Shown: positions 61,137 to 64,000 of the stretch, one piece after another
Layout of the letters: every line of letters begins with the position of its first letter
Numbering within the stretch: position 1 is the stretch's first letter
DNA from: Giardia intestinalis
Lineage: Eukaryota
Direction: 5' to 3' (one strand)
DNA length: 64,000 bases
Assembly: GCA_000002435.2 (NCBI GenBank)
Contig: CM018790.1
Notes under the pieces: generated by a model
What the model was told of the DNA's origin: nothing
The model's database searches: none
What the model saw: the letters and a program-made list of their open reading frames with translations, nothing else
Made by a program: the position numbers and the translations under genes

Positions 61137-63365
61137 ATGACCTTCTCTCACAATTTATGGTTCACATCTAACATAACCCTTCAGTCGAATCAGAAACCTT
61201 ACAAGGTCAGTGAGGGCGTCTACAGGGTGGACAGTGAATACCTTCGGATGCACGAGGCGAGAGACCCTGCTTACATTGGTGAGTTACTGCAAAAAGCGGT
61301 TTATAGAGAACCCTCGGTAAAGCCACTTATCATGCATGCAACGTACCAGGTGCTTGTCTATAGCGGGTACATGGTGATGGATGGCTCTGGATATTGCTGT
61401 GACTATGTCGTCTACCAACCCAATCAAGATCATTCTCTCACATGTGTTCATGTCCTGCCATCGCCGGTGATTTCTGTGCACTCTCTAGTCCAGTATGTTC
61501 GCAGAGCTCAATCAGTTAAAAAGGTGACATGTTTAGCCTTTTGTTCGCCTAACCGTCAAGATTGTGCCCAGACAGTCGCACCTGCACCTACAGATGCAGA
61601 TACAGTATCACCCCCCTCATTCTTCATAGCTCCTCATATGCGTACTAATATACCTATCAAGTCAATTAAACGCACCGAAGCAGCCAATACTTTTGAGATC
61701 TCCGCCGACTACGGCTCCTTTTTCCTCCGCTTCCTTTTTATAGAGCACGTCTCAAAACGTGTGCACAAGGCAAAGGTCACTACAGATGCTGTCATACGAA
61801 TTGACAACGGGAAGACTATCCTACGTAGTAGTTCAAGAAACGATTCCACCTACTATCAATCCCCAGACGGTGTCGTGAGCTTTGGCTCTCAGTGTGCGAC
61901 TGTACTACCCATGCATTACATAGATCCTGTATCCATAGGAGAAGATGTAGCGTACCACAATTCGGTGCACGAATACTACAGGGTGATCCGCGAAATAAAC
62001 CGGTCTACGCACACGTTTCCCCGATGTCTGCATACTATCACCTGCGCAGAGCCCAACTCCTTTTACCGTTGGCTCGAGCAGAGAGAACTTGCCAGGCTGA
62101 CACCCAAGTCTCATTCTGACCTTCTTAGGGGAGTGATAGTGGAAGACGCTTTGGAGGCATATGATCGTGGACTAGGGTACACTCCACAACCTAACTGCCT
62201 GCCAAGCAATCTCATTGAGCAGTTTAGAGGCTATATACTTTACAAGTACCTGTGCAGTGGTAGTGTGTGGTCGTATCCATCGGGCGTGAAACTGGAGTGG
62301 GCTGCAACGCAGGACACAGGCCAGCGTGGTAGTGACTCTAATATGATGCTCACTTCTGCTGCAGCTGGAACTCTCAGAGAGATTGCCAAATCAATGGTTG
62401 TCTCTGAAGTTCTTTCGCTTGGTGTTCCACGGATGGAGATAGCAGGATACGTAAGTGCTCAAAAGACTTTACATGTGCATTGCTGTGCTCCTTCTTGTAA
62501 CCTGCTCTTTTCTACCTGTCCCGCTCATCTGTTTGACCGCCAGTCTTCTTCTCAAACTCTGTACAAGGATCTCTGCCCACTTAGTAAGCACATCCTCACA
62601 CACTTCCCGACATTCCCAACATGGCGCCCCTTTTGCTGCATTCACTGCATTGGTGCACTACTGGAAGCTTCTAGAGGGTCTATGAATCAGCCTGCTTTCC
62701 CCATAGACGAAAGTGATATGGTCAGTCACGCCAAGTCGACTCTTGGAGGCCCCATTCAGGAGGACATGGGCACAAATCAAAACATAACCGATGATCAAGA
62801 TAGAGATATCAATGGTGACGACGAAAACAGCTCTCCTTCTAGCTCTGCAGAACCCACGGAGACTCGACGCAAGCGTGGTCCGAAGTCTCTCGTCTATAGA
62901 GGTGATAGTTCGAAGAATGAAGCTCGCATGCCCATGATACCAGAAGCCGCCGTGTACTTGGAGTCTCTGGCTGATGCTCCCAGGACCAAAGGTGGCCAGC
63001 TGGTGGACGTGGACTTCATTAAATTTTATTTTTCTACGATTGCTGAATACACACTACATTTACAATTACACGGAATAATTACTCATAAGGGCCACTTTTC
63101 AAGGCTTGGTGAAGAAGAGCTCCTCACCACTTGGCGCTCGGGCATGTCACTGAGTCAGCACTACATCCCCTATCTTTGTCCTGTTTGTCACTTCAGTAAC
63201 ACTGACTACGACTCTGTCCTAGAGCATTTGCTTCTCCACCCCACGTGCAGCGCGCTCTTGGAGTCACCGGAGGCAATCCTTTCCCAACTTGCAATCAAGA
63301 ACTATAAAACTCACAAGAAAAAACTATTTATTTCGCGCCGCGCAGAGAAGAACGCCGACTCCTAA
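61137..63365 (+). CDS. Hypothetical protein (742 aa) with a C-terminal C2H2-type zinc finger.
   Basis: CPVCHFSNTDYDSVLEHLLLH (C-x2-C-x12-H-x3-H) plus an acidic/Ser-rich linker. Confidence 0.5.
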   Translation: MTFSHNLWFTSNITLQSNQKPYKVSEGVYRVDSEYLRMHEARDPAYIGELLQKAVYREPSVKPLIMHATYQVLVYSGYMVMDGSGYCCDYVVYQPNQDHSLTCVHVLPSPVISVHSLVQYVRRAQSVKKVTCLAFCSPNRQDCAQTVAPAPTDADTVSPPSFFIAPHMRTNIPIKSIKRTEAANTFEISADYGSFFLRFLFIEHVSKRVHKAKVTTDAVIRIDNGKTILRSSSRNDSTYYQSPDGVVSFGSQCATVLPMHYIDPVSIGEDVAYHNSVHEYYRVIREINRSTHTFPRCLHTITCAEPNSFYRWLEQRELARLTPKSHSDLLRGVIVEDALEAYDRGLGYTPQPNCLPSNLIEQFRGYILYKYLCSGSVWSYPSGVKLEWAATQDTGQRGSDSNMMLTSAAAGTLREIAKSMVVSEVLSLGVPRMEIAGYVSAQKTLHVHCCAPSCNLLFSTCPAHLFDRQSSSQTLYKDLCPLSKHILTHFPTFPTWRPFCCIHCIGALLEASRGSMNQPAFPIDESDMVSHAKSTLGGPIQEDMGTNQNITDDQDRDINGDDENSSPSSSAEPTETRRKRGPKSLVYRGDSSKNEARMPMIPEAAVYLESLADAPRTKGGQLVDVDFIKFYFSTIAEYTLHLQLHGIITHKGHFSRLGEEELLTTWRSGMSLSQHYIPYLCPVCHFSNTDYDSVLEHLLLHPTCSALLESPEAILSQLAIKNYKTHKKKLFISRRAEKNADS

Positions 63366-63413
63366 TCAAAAACACCACAAAGTATACAAAAGAGAACAGC
63401 TTCTGTTTTGATC

Positions 63414-64000
63414 TTAATCTTGTTTTTTATTCTTACTGCGGCTGTTTGCACCAAACACCTTCATGATCTTTGACTCGAGCACGCTAACGGTTAGGCCCGT
63501 GAAGGTAAGCCCTATCCCTATCCAGTTCTGCGTGGTAGGCTTAGTATTTGTCATGAACATAGAGATGACAACAGTTATTAATTTTCGTACGGTACTAATG
63601 ATGCCAGTCAGTAGTGAACCATACAGCTTCAAGCTGTAGATGATTGGTATGAGTCCCAGGGTCAAGAATATGCTTGCTAAATTCTGCTTAACAATCCACG
63701 AGGTGGTATGAGAGAGCATCACTATGTCGTTTATAGAATTATAGATTCCAGTCATAATTATCCCGGCAATGAGAGTGCAGACACCGCTAGCTAGCTGGAT
63801 AATGTTGGTCTTGATGAGCATACCCGTCTCCCGCTTGCACTGCATCACGGAGATGTCCTGGTATGTGCACCCAAACCCATTGCACAGCTCAGACAAGAGC
63901 ATGAGGATGTAGCCTAGGATGGGGTGTGGTGTAGTGCCGTTGTAGCTTCGCAACTCAGCATGGCTATAAACAAGTGACCCAGATACTATCGCAATTACGG
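63414..64000 (-). CDS. Multi-pass membrane protein resembling the C-terminal half of a nucleotide-sugar/TPT (DMT superfamily) transporter. The N-terminus lies beyond the window end.
   Basis: The reading frame stays open upstream of the track's TTG 'start' through to position 64000. Several hydrophobic helices. Basic C-terminal tail KNKKQD. Confidence 0.45.
   Translation of the reverse strand, partial: VIAIVSGSLVYSHAELRSYNGTTPHPILGYILMLLSELCNGFGCTYQDISVMQCKRETGMLIKTNIIQLASGVCTLIAGIIMTGIYNSINDIVMLSHTTSWIVKQNLASIFLTLGLIPIIYSLKLYGSLLTGIISTVRKLITVVISMFMTNTKPTTQNWIGIGLTFTGLTVSVLESKIMKVFGANSRSKNKKQD

Noticed and set aside
1-64000. Telomeric TAGGG arrays or CRISPR-like spacer arrays.
   Set aside because: No tandem TAGGG runs or regularly spaced short direct repeats were seen. 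The organism is eukaryotic.

Overview
This is gene-dense, apparently intron-free eukaryotic nuclear DNA with genes on both strands and short, AT-rich intergenic spacers. Several genes have an AGTRAAY-type motif 20-45 nt past the stop codon, which is the Giardia polyadenylation signal. The gene content includes a high-cysteine membrane protein (HCMP) with CXXC/GGCY motifs, 'Protein 21.1'-like ankyrin proteins, a NEK-like kinase and flagellar/tubulin-code enzymes. Together this points to a diplomonad, most likely Giardia; that is an inference, not a database hit. GC is about 45-50%.

CDSs I can support: a partial kinase, a small membrane protein, ArfGAP, TGS1 cap hypermethylase, Dph1, a SWIM-domain (ZSWIM7/Sws1-like) protein, cytosolic malate dehydrogenase, RNA polymerase III subunit C11, an Upf1-like SF1 helicase, alpha-tubulin N-acetyltransferase (MEC-17/ATAT1), a 1167-aa HCMP, an axonemal dynein intermediate-chain-like WD40 protein, proteasome alpha-5, two paralogous ankyrin proteins, KRR1, ribosomal protein L5, a cytosolic carboxypeptidase (tubulin deglutamylase family), a prefoldin beta subunit, a partial nucleotide-sugar-transporter-like protein, and several large orphan proteins. 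One tRNA-Asp(GTC) is present in two inverted copies.

The dominant structural feature is a near-perfect ~9.07-kb inverted repeat (18761..27834 and 32915..41994, with left + right coordinate = 60755) flanking a 5.08-kb unique spacer. The spacer carries ATAT1 and most of the HCMP gene. Each arm contains a helicase 3' part, tRNA-Asp, a ~3.1-kb GC-rich dispersed-repeat element, a ~3-kb AT-rich non-coding tract and the HCMP 3' end. A third, truncated and diverged copy of the GC-rich element lies at 3940..4990.

The supplied ORF track treats GTG/TTG as start codons, so several listed 'M' starts are not ATG. I corrected the starts where an in-frame ATG is obvious: RPC11 17017, SWIM 9147, ATAT1 29301, dynein IC 42074, KRR1 48762.
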